In this document: positions 38,658 to 52,398 of the stretch, piece by piece
Layout: each line of letters opens with the position of its first letter
Numbering within the stretch: the stretch's first letter is position 1
NCBI GenBank assembly: GCA_013239625.1
Contig: MU054001.1
Span: forward strand, 1,305,884-1,369,883
Direction of reading: 5' to 3'
DNA: 64,000 bases
Source of the DNA: Lama guanicoe
Lineage: Eukaryota
Program-made: the position numbers and the translations under genes
Notes under the pieces: model-generated
What the model was told of the DNA's origin: nothing
The model's database searches: none
The model's input: the letters and a program-made list of their open reading frames with translations, nothing else

Positions 38658-41059
38658 GGATGGATAGTTCATACTCTTAATTGTCTCCTTTCTTGGAAAA
38701 TGCTCATCTTCAGCCTTGTTCAGAAAAATCTATTTTTATGATAATTGTTACTAGTAAAGCCATCAATTATTGTAAATCCTGTTGCATGAACTCATTTGGA
38801 GAATATTATGGCTATCAATAAATGTTCTTGACTCCCAGGCACACAGAATTTTTAAGTATCAAACGAGACTCTGACACAAAATCTAGCATAATTTTCCTGA
38901 TTCCTCTCCCTCTTGCTTAGAGACAGATGGTAATTCAACAACACAAATTACACATCTAAAGCCTCCAACCCATAGACTGTTTTTCAAAGAAGAGCAGGAT
39001 AACACGTTATTTAGCATGCAAGCATCAATTCAGTAAAACTGATGATTTGTGGAAACTTTCTGCCAGTAACAGCCTTCTAACCACAGGTAAGTCCATGTGC
39101 AAAGAAACTAGGTTGAAGCCAAAGTCATTTCTACTTGGTCAATTCTAAAAATGGGCTTGATGAAGAGACTACCTTCAAGCGATCTGCCTCCCAAGGGATG
39201 TAGGAGCACTATGTGGATTTCCCAGACATCTGCCCTGACTCAACAGCAATGCTGCTCTTTTAGGCTGTTGATTAAAAGGGTTCTTCAGCATCAGGGACTT
39301 ATATTACATTATGCTCAAGACGCAAACATTTATGCTAAATGTTACACTCAGGGATAAATCACATACGCATACAGATGACATCATGCATCACGACAGAATG
39401 TAGGTACTGCGTGCCTCAAAGCTAACTTCGGCTGAAAGCATCTGTAACTTGCTTCTTTTCCATGGCGCCTCACACGAGAGGGATGAGACCAGCCCTCAGG
39501 AAGGACTTTAGCCAAAGAAAGCTCTTATTTTCCAGGCACCACAAATTCTGTTCTGTAACGAACTAACCTGGCGTGCCATTCCCTCCTCAGGTTCTGGCGG
39601 GTGGTGAGCACGGCGAGGATGGCGGTCAAGATTTTGTTCCTTTGTTCCACCGGGGCCCCCTCTCTTCTAACTTCATGAAGCACAGCATTTGTCTAGAAGA
39701 AATGATGCCCAAAAAGAGAAAGAAGTGAAAAATTAATAATGAAAAAAAAAAAGCCCATAAGCAAATAAGGACAGTAAATCAATGGCTTTTTTATTATAGT
39801 TCCCCTGCTAACAAATCAATACAGTAAATGATGGTCAAAAATGGCCAGCATATATTTTGTATTTAATCAATGTACATGGCACATAAGGGAAACTCTAAAG
39901 CTCCATTGCCTTGAGTAACACATCAAGATACTGCGCATTCTCGCTCTAATTTTCTCAGTGCACAGACCTTTTTTTTTCTCCCTGGGAACTGCCTACCATG
40001 AGCTATTATTAGAAATGATTTTCACGTCCACTTCACTATGAGTTGTTTGTTTGGCCTTTTAAAACAGAGCAGTCCCTGGCTTTCCCTCTGTCTGTTTCCC
40101 GCCGCCCAGCTGAGGCTTACTACACTGCCTCTTCTTATTTGAATCATTAATTTCTACTTCCAGCCATGCCGGGCATTTTTCTTTTTCTTTCTTTCTTTTT
40201 TTTTTTTTTTTTTTGCTTTTGCTTCCCTCATTTTCCTTGCTTGTTGCAAATCAAAAGCTTGCAAAGAAAGAAACATTAAGAGCACAAAAATCAAATAGTA
40301 TATCTCCATGAGTATCCTTCCAGCTTTGAAGACCCACTACGTATTTCAAATAACAGGTACAAGGATTCTTATGCACAGCAGACTGAGGGTTTGGGGGAAG
40401 AATCGTTTATTCTATGGTTATGGCTATAGTCCTTTAAAAAAAAAAACTACAACAACACCCAGGCTTCTCCCTAGCATTGGGAAAGTCACACGCTGCTTTT
40501 CAGAAGCAGTTGAAACGCAAGCACGTCAAACCCTGCTCTCTCTAACAAGTAGCATTACATCATAACTCAAATTTGAAACTGTCATTTCAACTCTATCTAC
40601 CACCACTCACCCCTGTAGGCTCTTTTTAGATGTATTTTAAACATGCCAATTTATGCAACACTAGAAAAACAATTAAGAAAACAATGGAAGGTATTCTACT
40701 GGTTGAAATTTGAGGGAGCAGATGCCTTTCAAGTTTTAATCACAGAACCTTTCATCACAAGTATTTATCTTCCTACAACTGCAGCAGAAACCTCTAGGAT
40801 TTGTAAATGTTTTTCATTTAAAGTTAGCGGGGCTTCTTTGGAGATGTTATAACCAAAGCAATTGCTAAAAGGGATAACATCGCCACTTTCTCTGTTCTGA
40901 TCACTCAGAGTCTTTCTCGTTTAACTGATGCCAATACCTGCGTTTACTTGAGGAGCACACTCAAACTTTGATTCTCATTTATCCTGAAATACTACTTCCT
41001 TGCCCCTCTGCAACATTTTACAGTGCATGTTTAGTACCTTCACGACTCCCCGAGAAGAA

Positions 41060-41473
41060 GCGTGGTGACCATTCGCTGTTCTTGTTGCCTTCCGTAGGTA
41101 CCCAGTCCCCTCTCCTGTAATAGTGCCCAGATCTCCTCCTGGGAAGTCTTTTATTGTATGTGAGCTTATAGAAACTGTCAACCAAAGCGTCCTGCTCGCC
41201 CCTATCAATGATGTAGGCCAACTTGATCCTCTTTTCGAGGACACTTAAGAATGACAAAGAAAGGGAAAAAATGTGGAGGCAACTTATCTATTTCCTTAAT
41301 TCTTACTACCCATGGTCCTCAAAGTATTCCTGGTTTCCTGAACTTTCTGAATCCACATCACTCTTTCTTCTAATATCTTGGGTTACCCAATATCCATTCA
41401 ACAAAGTCCCGTTTTGTTTACATTCATCAGAATCTGTTTCTGTTGCTTACAATCAAACACCTCAACTGATACA
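41060..41473 (+). mobile_element. MLT1-type (MaLR) solo LTR relic
   Basis: Characteristic 3' end gtttctgttgcttacaatcaaacacctcaactgataca; 5' boundary uncertain. Confidence 0.75.
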
Positions 41474-41724
41474 AACAGATAAAACAGGAAATAGCATCTC
41501 CACCTTAGAGGATCCAACAGAAACCTGACTAGCATCAGCAGGAAAAGGACCCTGCTCCCTGCCTCCTCGGCCCAGAATTACAGCTACTATACTGGTGATC
41601 TACCCAGCTGGACATTCAAGGAGCTTCTGGGGCAACAACATTTTCGGCCCTCCAGCACAGGGCAGAATGCTGGGTTTCTCCAGGCAATTCTACTGCATGA
41701 AGCCCAAGCTCCATATGGCTAAAG

Positions 41725-42060
41725 CAGGGGTTGCAGATTCAGATACCTACGAGGGCCAGGAAGGTAACATGAGTGAGTTAAGCCAGGTTACCGGAAGAGA
41801 GAACATGCTCTGTCTATAAAGACAGCCGCTAGTCAGCACCAGCCATCTCGGCCATTCAGGAAAGCAGTTTCGGTGGTGCCAGATTCGTGAATTTTCAAAA
41901 TAAACAAGAAATCTGTTTCGTTTTTTTTTAATGTGAAGACTGCTGATTTTAAAATGTTGGAAACTAATTTTTAAAAAATTTATTTTAAGTACCACGTGGG
42001 CCAAACAAGAAACAACGATGGCTAAACAGATCTCGGGCAGCTGCCAATCTGTGACCTCTA
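41725..42060 (-). mobile_element. MER102-like hAT-Charlie element, both termini present
   Basis: caggggttgcagattcagatacctacgagggccaggaaggtaacatgagtgag ... aaaatgttggaaactaatt...gtgggccaaacaa...gccaatctgtgacctct. Confidence 0.8.
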
Positions 42061-42464
42061 GCGTGAAAGATGTCTAATTTCAGAGAGGTCCTGGCATCAA
42101 TGGGTGTTCTAACAACAGCACTGCTCCTTGTCTGTGATTCTTTACTTCACGTACTTAAAGTTGGAAGGAACCTCAAAAAGTCATATAGTTTATCACTATG
42201 TCTACAGGTACATTTTACCAAAAATGCTTCAAACAGAAAACAAAGTATACACCCAGATGGCTCCAAAGACAGGAGGAAAATAAAATTATTTTTCTTGGAC
42301 ATTTAACACATTGGACTGTGTTAAAATCACTTTTTTAAAGAAGTCATGTATCTCTTCTTTGCCTTCGCATCATTTAAATTTGATCCAGAAGCCCTTGTTT
42401 CCGGTGGATTCTGAACAGCCTCTAAGGGGGGGAGAGGAGGAAGGATGTAAGAAAGGGGGTCTCA

Positions 42465-42550
42465 GGAGGGCAGGGAACTGCATCTGTTTAGTTCACCACT
42501 GTATCCCCGCTGCTCGCCTAATGACTTTTAACAAATATTTGTCAAATAGG
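42465..42550 (+). mobile_element. L2 3' end
   Basis: gagggcaggga...gttcaccactgtatcccc...aacaaatatttgtcaaat. Confidence 0.75.
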
Positions 42551-42757
42551 TAATAAAAACAGGAATTCAGAAAACAAACATTGCAAAAACAAAGAGCAAA
42601 GGAAGACTGTCTCCTTTTAAGAAATTACTGTTATATAGACTTAAAACTTATAAAATAGGTAAACTAAGAATTAGTGATGTGCTCTACCAAGGAGCTCTCT
42701 TCACTTCACAAAAGGATTCACTTGCAGGCCTATTCAAATAACTAGCTCCCTTAGTTC

Positions 42758-43420
42758 AGAGTTTCCCAAACTGCAGTCATTCTAGCACAGTCTCATAATT
42801 CCTGCCTTATTTGTGTATAAGTTATATAATATTTAATATTTTTCTTTAAATTGACCCATATCATAAAATATAAAATGAATTCCCTTCAAAAGAAAAATGA
42901 AAAGCCAGTGCTACTTGTCATAAATGAGAAGATAATCATAAAAATAATATATTAAAAACAAAGTTATGTGTTTATTTCATTCAAGATGGATACTGTTGCT
43001 TGCTGAAGGCTCTGAGACTAAAGCCGCTTCCTCTTTGTAAAAGAGGCCATTAACAAGTGTAGGAGAATGTTAGAGACACAATCACAGGGATACAGGGGTT
43101 GAAAAGGAGCAGAAGGGGAACTCACTTTCTCTGCATGGTCCTCACTATGTGCAGAGACCTGGAGCGCCACCTAGCATCACCCTGGGTAACACCGTGGTTC
43201 ACATGCCACACTCTGGGTGCCCCACCCTACTGCAATGGTTTTCCAATACTTCACAGATAAACCTCTTTTCTCCTGAAACATATTCTTACATGAAACTCAA
43301 GATATGAAACAAACTGGAGCAGTTCTCTTTGAAGCTTTGAAGGTATGTTAAACCTGAAGGTTCTCCCTTTGTCCCGGGGCATCTCTTCAAAACCCCAAGG
43401 AACATTTGCCAACCTCAAGC
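42758..43420. mobile_element. Two adjacent old hAT-Charlie relics (MER113-like, then MER112/117-like)
   Basis: cagagtttcccaaact start, ggatactgttgcttgctgaaggctctgag body; second start caatggttttccaat near 43234. Confidence 0.55.
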
Positions 43421-43457
43421 CAACGGTGTCTAAGATAGCACTCAGGTTTTTAAAAGT

Positions 43458-44035
43458 TTATACATTGCTGGTGGGAACGCAAAAGAGTGACATTCTGGTA
43501 AAAAGTTTGGCAGTTTCTTATAAAGTTACATACGTACACTTAATATATCACCAGCAATCCCATTTGTAGCGATTTACCTAAAGAAATAAAAACTTACGTT
43601 CACACAGAAACATGCAGACAGATGTTGACAACAGCTTTATTTGTAACTGCCAAAAATGGGAAATAACCTAACTGTCCTTCAAAAGGTAAATGGATAAATA
43701 CCATGATACATCCACACAAAGGAATACTGCTCAACAAATAAAAAAGATGGGTACTTGATACAGGCAGCCACTTGGATGAATCTCAAACTCATCACGTTGA
43801 GTGAAAGAGGCTTGTCTCCAAAGAATAAACACTGAATGATTCCATTTATTTGACATTCTGAAAAAGGCAAATTTTAGGGACAGAGAGCAAACCAGTGAGG
43901 GAATTTCGGGAATGACGGGACCATTCTGTCTCCTGATTGTGGTGGTGGTTATAGGAGTTTATATACACATTAAAACTCATAGAATTGTATATCCTCAAAG
44001 TCGATTTCATCGTACGGAAGTTTTATACAATTTAA
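43458..44035 (+). mobile_element. Old L1 (L1MC/L1MD-like) 3' end
   Basis: atacattgctggtggga...agtttggcagtttcttataaagtta...tggatgaatctcaaa...atgattccattt...aaaactcatagaattgta. Confidence 0.9.
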
Positions 44036-45089
44036 TTTTTAAAGTTCATTTCCATCACATTTTTAGGACAAGCGAAAATGTAGGGAACAAGACAGCATAT
44101 AAATACACCTGAAAGATTAAGACACTAGTAAAGATACAGAGAAACATATCTGGATTATAAAACAAATTCTGTTACAAAAAAATTTTTTTAAGATATTGGA
44201 AAAGGATGGGTGAAATTAGCTTGAGCATTCAGACCCTAAAATATAGTATTTCACAAAATTTCGGGTGAAAAGAAGTCCTTGCACAGAAGGAAATTTCAGA
44301 GTGCCAAAGAGCATTCTTCTTACAAAAATGAACAGTGATATTTTTCACCTTGTAAGTGTTGGCTCCGCAGGGGTGGACTTTACACAGGAGATGTTAATAG
44401 CCCATTTTCCCATCAGTAGTAACGTAGAACCATCTGCAAACAAGTACCAATTTTTCAACAGTCTCTTATTACCAAAAACACATTCTCCGTCTCTGCTTCC
44501 CAAAATACAGGAGAAGTAAGCCACAGGTTTAGGAACCATGCTCTGGAGGTTAAATTTCATGTCATTAGTGATTCTCTTTGAAGAGAAATCTGTGGAAATG
44601 CTGGCCTATCAGGAAAAGACTAAGAATATTCCTAAGATTGCTGGCTGCTCAAATCCCAGCTGTCACCGCCTAGCTGTGGGCCTTCTTCACAACTGCAGAA
44701 TGGAGAGGAACCTCCCTGGGGGCCTGGGGAGGACCAGCTGCCCGGGTACCATGCCACTGTGATTTCATCTTCAATGCACCCATCGACCTTGTGCTAAGTT
44801 GTGCTATTTTAACAAGAGGACTCCTACAAGTATCTGTAACTTGAAATGAAAGATTTCAAAAGGAAATCAGGCAACTACTGAACAGTCACAACCATGAGGA
44901 GCTTCTACCGGAAGCCAGAGGCATCTTCTTTTGCATATTCTCAGCAGGAGCAGATGTTTATCCTTTGAGGGTGGGTTTTATTTTTAGAATCAGTCATGCT
45001 TTTACTGGACTTCTCTCCATTAGTAGACCCTTCCCTCTAGGCCCCCACCCAATACCTGTCCTGTCCTGCTTAGCCTCCTCTCATTCTGA

Positions 45090-46330
45090 GATCCTCAACA
45101 GTGGTGAGCCCAGGGCTCTGCCCTCAGTACCCCTCTCATCTCTCCTGCTTGCTCCCTCTGTAGGTGACCTCCCCTCCAACCTCCCCTTACGGTCCCTATA
45201 GGCTAATGGCTTTAAGCAGACATCTACCTTCAAGCAGACCTCTCTGTTGAGCTCCAGCCCCAGAGAGCCTGCAACTGGCTCTCTCTCCTTCAACGCACAC
45301 CTCAGACATGGCACCTCAACCTCAACGTGTCCACATCTGAACTACAATTTTTGCTCGCCACTGTCTTTCCTCTTCATCAACATGCTTCTCCTCCTGTATT
45401 TCCCTAGAACGGACAATGATACCACTGTCAAAGCCATCACCAAAAGAGACATCCACGAATCACCCTTGTCTCCTCCCTTTCCTTTCTCTGCACTCCCTAC
45501 CCTTGAACATTACCTTCTGTCACTCCTCTCTGTTCAGTCTCACTCCGACTAATTTATTCTCTGCTGCCATAGGCTTAGTCCAGGCCATCTCTCATCTGGG
45601 CCGTGAAATGGTGCCCAAAGAGTGTCTCTCAGTCAATCTTGCCCCTTTCATGAATTTTCCTCCTACAGGAGGGGTATGTCAGGGCCAAAGGAACTCAAGA
45701 GCTTTAGCCTCCAAAACCCATCTAAACCAGAGCAGCTCTGTTCATGCATCCTTCAGCTACTGGCATTTGAGAGATACAAAACAATATATATTTTTTAAAG
45801 CCCACATTCCTTAACCTGAAAAAAAAGCAAAAGCAAAAAAAAACAAAAAACAAAAAACAAAAAAAAACAAACCCCACCTCATTTTAATATAGGCCCCACT
45901 TACTTCTCAAGTCTTAGCTCCTTCTGTCTTCTATTCCATATAAAGTAAGTGCAATTCTCTGAAAATACATGCCTATTCTATACTACACATTCACTTGTAC
46001 CTGGTTGTATAACTTACCAGTAACTACTAATTCTTCAAGACACATCTCAAATAACACCTCCCCTGTGAAGTCCTCCATGAACCGCATCCTTCCACCAAAT
46101 CAAGCAGAGTGGATCATCCCTTCTTATGCACCACCTCTGAGCATCTCACAAACCACGTCTTATTCCATTGCAAATATGTATTCACAGGACGTTTCCTCCT
46201 CCGAAGTGTGAGCGCTATTACAGCAGTAAAGGTCTCTACCCCTTTCTTCTTCATATTCTCCAAGGTGCCTGGTTAGGTGCCATGTCATGAAAGTAGACTC
46301 CTGACAGACGCAGGTTGAACAAAAGAAGCC
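45090..46330 (+). mobile_element. Fragmented L2 LINE with interruptions
   Basis: Pyrimidine-rich L2-like body (cacctcaacctcaacgtgtcc...aatgataccact...) and 3' part (acacctcccctgtgaagtcctcc...aaggtgcctgg...gttgaac). Confidence 0.6.
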
Positions 46331-48513
46331 AATGACACGTCAGGGCATGTCTCGTGAATGAGATGAACAGAGTACTATTCAGGATCAAAACCATATGCGA
46401 AACAAGCTTTGGTTTGATTCAAACTATTCCCGAAGATAATTCTAAGAAAAAAGTTATAAAACCTATGTTTAAACAACAGCCATCAAGAAAAACAAGTTCA
46501 TGTAATCCCTAGGTGACTACCTAGAAGGGCCGATTTATTCAGATACATGTTCCCAAAAATACATGCTTTTACTACATTATGACCACATTTAACCCATGCG
46601 TACCCTCCCAATAAGCTAAAAGAAGTCTCACTCTCTCCACGTCCGTGGAGAAAACTACTCTGGTAACCCATAGAGTTCTAAGGACCTCCAAGAATTCTGC
46701 AGTGGCTTTAGCTGCTCCTGGCTGAAAACTTTACACATAAAAGATTAAGTAAAAAATCCACACCCAGAGAGAGAGAGATTAACTGACTGATTGATGGAGA
46801 ATGAGAAAAGAAAAACCAAAACTGTAAGGCTCTAAGAAGCCTTGAATTTTAGGCTTAAGTTTCACATCTTTCCGGGAAAAAGTCTCCCAATTCTAAATTT
46901 ATTCACTTAAAACTGAGCAACTCACCTGATTCTTGTTGGCTATATTCTCACACTCAGTAACTTTCAGTCTATCCTGGCTATAGGATAGCACAAGGGAAGG
47001 ACTGTGGACATACGTGCAATATGCAGAATTGGCCGCATATAAAGTTTTCAGACAGGAACCACTCTGGGAGTTAAAAGGAGAATTATGGTATTCACTCATT
47101 ACTAATAATAGTGTATCAGCCTTTAATTCTTTTGGTTCCTTTCTGATCTGAAGTAACAGCTTCTGATAGGCCTTCAACTCCAAAACCTACATTTAATCCA
47201 TCCTTCTCACAAATCAGAAAACTTGGTCTACGGAAATGCCCAGAAACAGGAGGACTTCTATAAATATGGCGGGTGAGCCCCTCCCTTAGTTCATAATTAA
47301 AAAAAAAAAAAAAGGAAGAAGAAGAAATTGGCTGCTGTTTTGCCAATCTCAAAAGCCATGTAAGCCCCAGGATGCCACAAGCGCATGCCTTTCCAGCCTT
47401 CCCATCTCCCTACCCTTGCCGCCACCACCAAAAAAGTCCCACCGCTGTGATGGGAAAAATGCCATTCCTAACACGTTTTATATACATAGCCGCCTCATGT
47501 GAGGGTTGTATTTCCCCTCTGCACACACAAATTACAGAGATATGCTCTGCCTGATAATGAGGGCTAAAGGTTCAACTTGTGAAGAAACTTGGTTTAAGAT
47601 GTTATCAGCTGGGAAAGCTATTTCCTCACATCAACATTGCCACGGGCTGTCAAAAACCCAACCAGGGCTCTCCTCTTCAAAAGTCCAGGAACACTTTTTT
47701 TTTCCCTGTCTTTCTTCCCCCTCCCCATCACCACCCTTTAAAAAAAAAAAAAAAGAAGAAGAAAGGCACAGAACCCACTGAGATAGCCTTGGTCCCATCA
47801 AAGAGAGGTCGATCTCGGGTCTTCCTTCATTTACTGATTGTCAGTGTAAGATGGCTCTTTTGTGAGGCCTCTGTGGCTCGATGCTGAGTGACGCCTTCAC
47901 ATTTGCTAAACTGGACTAGGCACCACCAAAGATTTCCAGCGTGCTCGGATCCACAGCCCGGCAGAACAAATAAACATTCCTCTCAGCCTTTTTGCCCACT
48001 TTATCTCCCTCTCCGGGAACAAGAGGGTTTGGGGGTGCTAATGTTTACACAACGTTCAAACTTTCTTCCCCCTGTTTCCTGAATTTGAGAAAACACATCC
48101 TGGATGACCTCGGCTGAGAGATAACACCAAGTCACCACCCGGTGCCACGTCTACTGGACTACTTAAGGCTGCTGTCTTCATCCCGTCCCTCCCCTCCCCC
48201 ACCCCGCACAGCCTGACCAAGGAAAGCAGGAGATAAGCTAGACTGTCTTGAAAGGCAGGCACAAAGGCAGGAGTCTCCAAGAGGCTGCCAACAAAGCGGC
48301 CTTTTATTCCCACCTAAAGATACACTTGGTTCAGTTCATCTCAAAGACCCCCTTGATTTGAATGAACATCTCAGCCGAGTTGACCAAATGAATCCTCAAA
48401 AATGTCCCAAGAAGACAGATTTTGGCATTCTTCCATTATGTGCTATTGAGATGAGGGAGCTGAGAGTGATCAAGAATGTCTGCGGGGAAAGAATTCAGGG
48501 AAAATGCTTCTTT

Positions 48514-48663
48514 GATCCGTTTCCTCATCTGTAAAGGGGTATATGTAACAGCATCTAGAGCGCTTGAGACGATTACATAAGACCATCCATCTAAAGCACG
48601 TTGTCCAGGGCTTGGCACATACAAAATGCTTGACAGATATCAGAAATTGTTATTGCTGTCATC
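48514..48663 (+). mobile_element. MIR fragment
   Basis: gtttcctcatctgtaaagggg...taaagcac...ttggcacata. Confidence 0.75.
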
Positions 48664-49066
48664 GGCAGCATTATGTGTTTTAAAAATGAGGAAAAAAGAT
48701 CACAGAAGATAATGGATACTGATTTTTTTTAATCCTAAAATACCACAGTCATGAATTTGAATAATTACTTAATATTTTTCCCAAAGCACTTTCATAGTAG
48801 TTCCCATTTTTTCCTCCTCCTACTAGTATAGAAATCACTCTATTTTATCTGTTTCACTAAAAGCTACAGAGCCACAGCAGCCTGCCTGGGATCACATAAC
48901 TCTCAGGACAGTTGCGTGGGTGACCACTGGGATGCCCGGGCTGCTGGGGGACAAGAAAGCCTGTCCCAGATGTGGAACCTGGGGTCTTGGGGCAGTGAGT
49001 CAAAGCCAGACCTCAGAACCCAGGTGGCAACTTTTGTGGAAACACAAAGTGATCCATGTGTTTGTC

Positions 49067-49093
49067 AAGGAAAGAAGGAGAGAGAGAGACAGA

Positions 49094-49189
<96 letters not shown>

Positions 49190-49409
49190 AAAAGAAAGAA
49201 GACAGAAAGAAAGAAAGAGGTCAAAGGGAAAAGGGAAGAAAAAAGAGAAGGAAAAAGGGAAGAAGAGGAGAAAAGAGAGAGAGATTCGAAAGAAAGGAAA
49301 AGGGAGGGAAGAGAGAAAAGGAAGCAAGAAAGAGAAAAAAAAGAAGGAAGAAAGAAAAGAAAAGAAAGAGAGAGAAAGGTAGGAAAAAAGGTGAAGAGGG
49401 GGAAAAAAG
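49067..49409. repeat. Compound (GA)n/(GAAA)n microsatellite and purine-rich low-complexity tract
   Basis: About 340 nt, almost entirely A/G on the + strand. Confidence 0.98.
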
Positions 49410-52260
49410 TGTTGTTTATAGAAGCCAGCTGCTTGGGTCTTGGCGCCAGCAGCCCCTCATCCCGCTATTTGACGCTCGCAACCCCACTGCCCCCACTGGC
49501 ACAGGTACAACTAAATGTTGACTTCAATGCTTCAGAGAGCACTCGACTGATTTTGTACATGATTAATTGCCAAAGACATGGCTGGCCATATGGAACAGAG
49601 AAAGCATCAAGTAATTCATACTTCTGCATGTGATCGCTTGGCCCCTGTTGTTTTAATGTACAGGAAAGAGCTAGTATAGCACAGCCCTGGTGTCTTGCCC
49701 CTGACAGCCCATTAAGAAATCTCAAAGCACCTAGTCGAAGTTATGCTGTTGGCTTTTCAATAGCAGCCTAATAAAACAGAAGCAAAGCTTTCCAACCAGT
49801 CTTAAATCTTTCACATACAGTACATTAACTACTGGGGCTAAAACAACGGGCTTCTTATGATAGGAAATGGGATTTGATTTCTAGCCTCTGCATACTTACT
49901 GAAAGCCTTTTCCTGACCTTTATGGAGTTTACAAAATCATTGTTCTTTCTCCCCCCACGTTTCCCAAGTAGCGTAATAGATTCGTTTGTTTCAGGAGAGT
50001 CCACACTTCGTCACTGTTCCATGCAGTCTATGTAATAAAGCTGATTCATTCAGAGGTGAAAGAAATAGAATAATTATTCTTGCCAAAAGCACCCAGGAAT
50101 CATTCTAGCTTCTGGGCATTCACCTTCTTTAAAGACAAGGAAAAAAAAAAAAACCCGAAATCTATACAGTAGTGGGGAAAGCCTTACAGACACACTTTTA
50201 CTACCCTCACCTCCCTTTCCCATCACTCTGAAATGAAGCCATTCGATTCAGGGAAGTAAATAATGTCCCCTTATTTTCCAGTTGTTCCACTGTCTGAGTG
50301 ACACTCCGGTCCAGGCAAAAGGGGAAGATGTCACTTCAGGAGCAATTCTATCCAACTTACAGTCTCCTAGCTTTATCCATTACTAAAATCTTAGCAGACT
50401 GTTACTTTCAGTCTAAGGGGAACAGATACACATTGCCACAATGTTTTCCTTTCAAGGATTTTCAAATGACAGCACTAAAAATGGTAATACCATCAGTAGC
50501 TTCCTTTGTCAGTTCTGACATGTGTTGGCGGGGGAGGCTTTGTTGGCACCTTTCACTAGAAAATATTTATATAATGTTTCCCGTCTCGGGATTTTTAGGT
50601 GTTGAAATTATCCTCTCTCCAGAAGACACCATATATGGGAAATTCCACTTGACTGCCTATTCATTAGCAGGGCTGTAATTGCTTCTACCACTGAAATGAG
50701 CTAACAGCACATTTAGAGCTCGAGCCAATGGGAAATACCCTGACTCCCTGCTGCCTCGCCTTCCTCGGAAGCTGCTGGTGCTTTCTAGGATGAGTGAATT
50801 GACTGAAAAACAGTCTCACCAAACAGACAGCATGAGCAAGACTCTTGGAAGAAAGAAGAGGCAAAGGCCTTGAGTGTGACTCAGTGATGTGGCAACGAAG
50901 ACCCAACACAACATTCCTACAAAGACAAGAGAGTGTTCTCACTGACCACTATCTTCTAGAGAGTGAGTTTGTTTTATTAGAGTATGCTCCATAAGGTACG
51001 ATGAGAATGTGATTCCCATTTCATAGATGGGAAAACTGAGACTGGGAAGGTGAAATGCCCAAGAGTAAATACACATCAGTGGCAGAAGTGCAAGCATGCT
51101 AATCTTTACATTCCTTGCTGACTGTTCACTATGATGGGATATGTATGTAAATTATGTAATAGATAATACACAAAAGTATTGTGTATTCTGCTTTATGTTG
51201 TATACACACACCTAATAAAAAGTAAGACACATTAAAGTATCTTTCTGAAGCCTCATCCATGGCAATAAACCTACCATAACTGCAAACCTTTGGTAAAGAA
51301 AATACAAAGGCTTAAATGACAGCCACGACACAAAGCAGTACCACTTGGATCTAGAATTAAGTAAGGACGTATGTATACATCTCACGTAATGAATCCTAGA
51401 ATGACAGCCGACTTCTCTCCAATTACTTTGGCAGTGCCTCACCTTATCTTTGTCTTTTAATCACAAACTATTCACTCTATACATAAAAAGCCAGAATTCT
51501 CCCAATGCCACCATGGCACATGCCTGCCCCCAATTCCCCGCCACCACTTGGAAGAATCTCCCTGCACTCATCTGAGCCCGTTAATTAAAGGTTAGGAATG
51601 GAGCTACACCAAGCGCTAAGTAACTGAGCCTTGGATGACGTCTAGCTGAAAAGTGGTTTAGCATCTCCCAATCCTTGGGCAAGTGAGAAGTTACCCGAGA
51701 TCTCCATCAGGTCGGCAGCTCCCTCCTTCCCCCCAACATCAGGAGCACAAAGGCTGAAGTGGTCTGTCATGCACACTGGATTATATGAAGTGTAAAACAT
51801 TGGGGGGAGGTTGGGAGGGAGGGGGGCAGGGGAGGCCTTTGAAAGGGAACGGGAAAGAGAAATCACACTTGCGAGAGGCTCCAGCTGACAGCTCAGTCCC
51901 TAACAAGTGAGACAAGTGAATATGTTTGGAAACCTTGTGGATGCGGGAGGAGTGGGGGCCTTTTGTCTGCAGCCCTACAGTGTGTCTTTAACCCAACTGC
52001 TGCCTGCATCACTGAACATATGTTTTCTCCACAAGAACTGAAGCAGAAAAGGCTCTTTGTTAAAATTCTCTCATTTGTATATATCCCCTCCCCCACCCCC
52101 ACTTCTGCCCACCCCCCTTCCCAGTAACATTCAAACCAAGTCCTTGGTGGACATTTTAACTGCTCGGGAGAGTGAGACCAGAAGGTCCAGTTGAGACCTT
52201 TCTACTATCCCCAGGCCTAGAAAACCGCTCCCCCCAAAGTAGCAGTCACAGCATTGGGTC

Positions 52261-52398
52261 CATTTATTTAGCGCTTACTATGTGCCAGATACCGCCATGA
52301 GCACTTTATCAATATGATCTCATGTCGTTGAGAAAATAACCATATATGCGGCACCTCTATTTTTTAAATGAGGAAACTGAGGCATGGAGAGAGTAAGT
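52261..52398 (-). mobile_element. MIR fragment
   Basis: catttatttagcgcttactatgtgccag...aaatgaggaaactgaggcatggagag. Confidence 0.85.

Noticed and set aside
40975..41528. Overlapping ORFs of 79-101 aa
   Set aside because: They largely overlap the MLT1 LTR relic
43160..43180. CTCF-like agcgccacctag
   Set aside because: Only half of the core matches and it sits inside a hAT relic
48916..49633. ORFs up to 237 aa rich in E/R/K or S/L/F
   Set aside because: Artefacts of the stop-free GA/GAAA microsatellite
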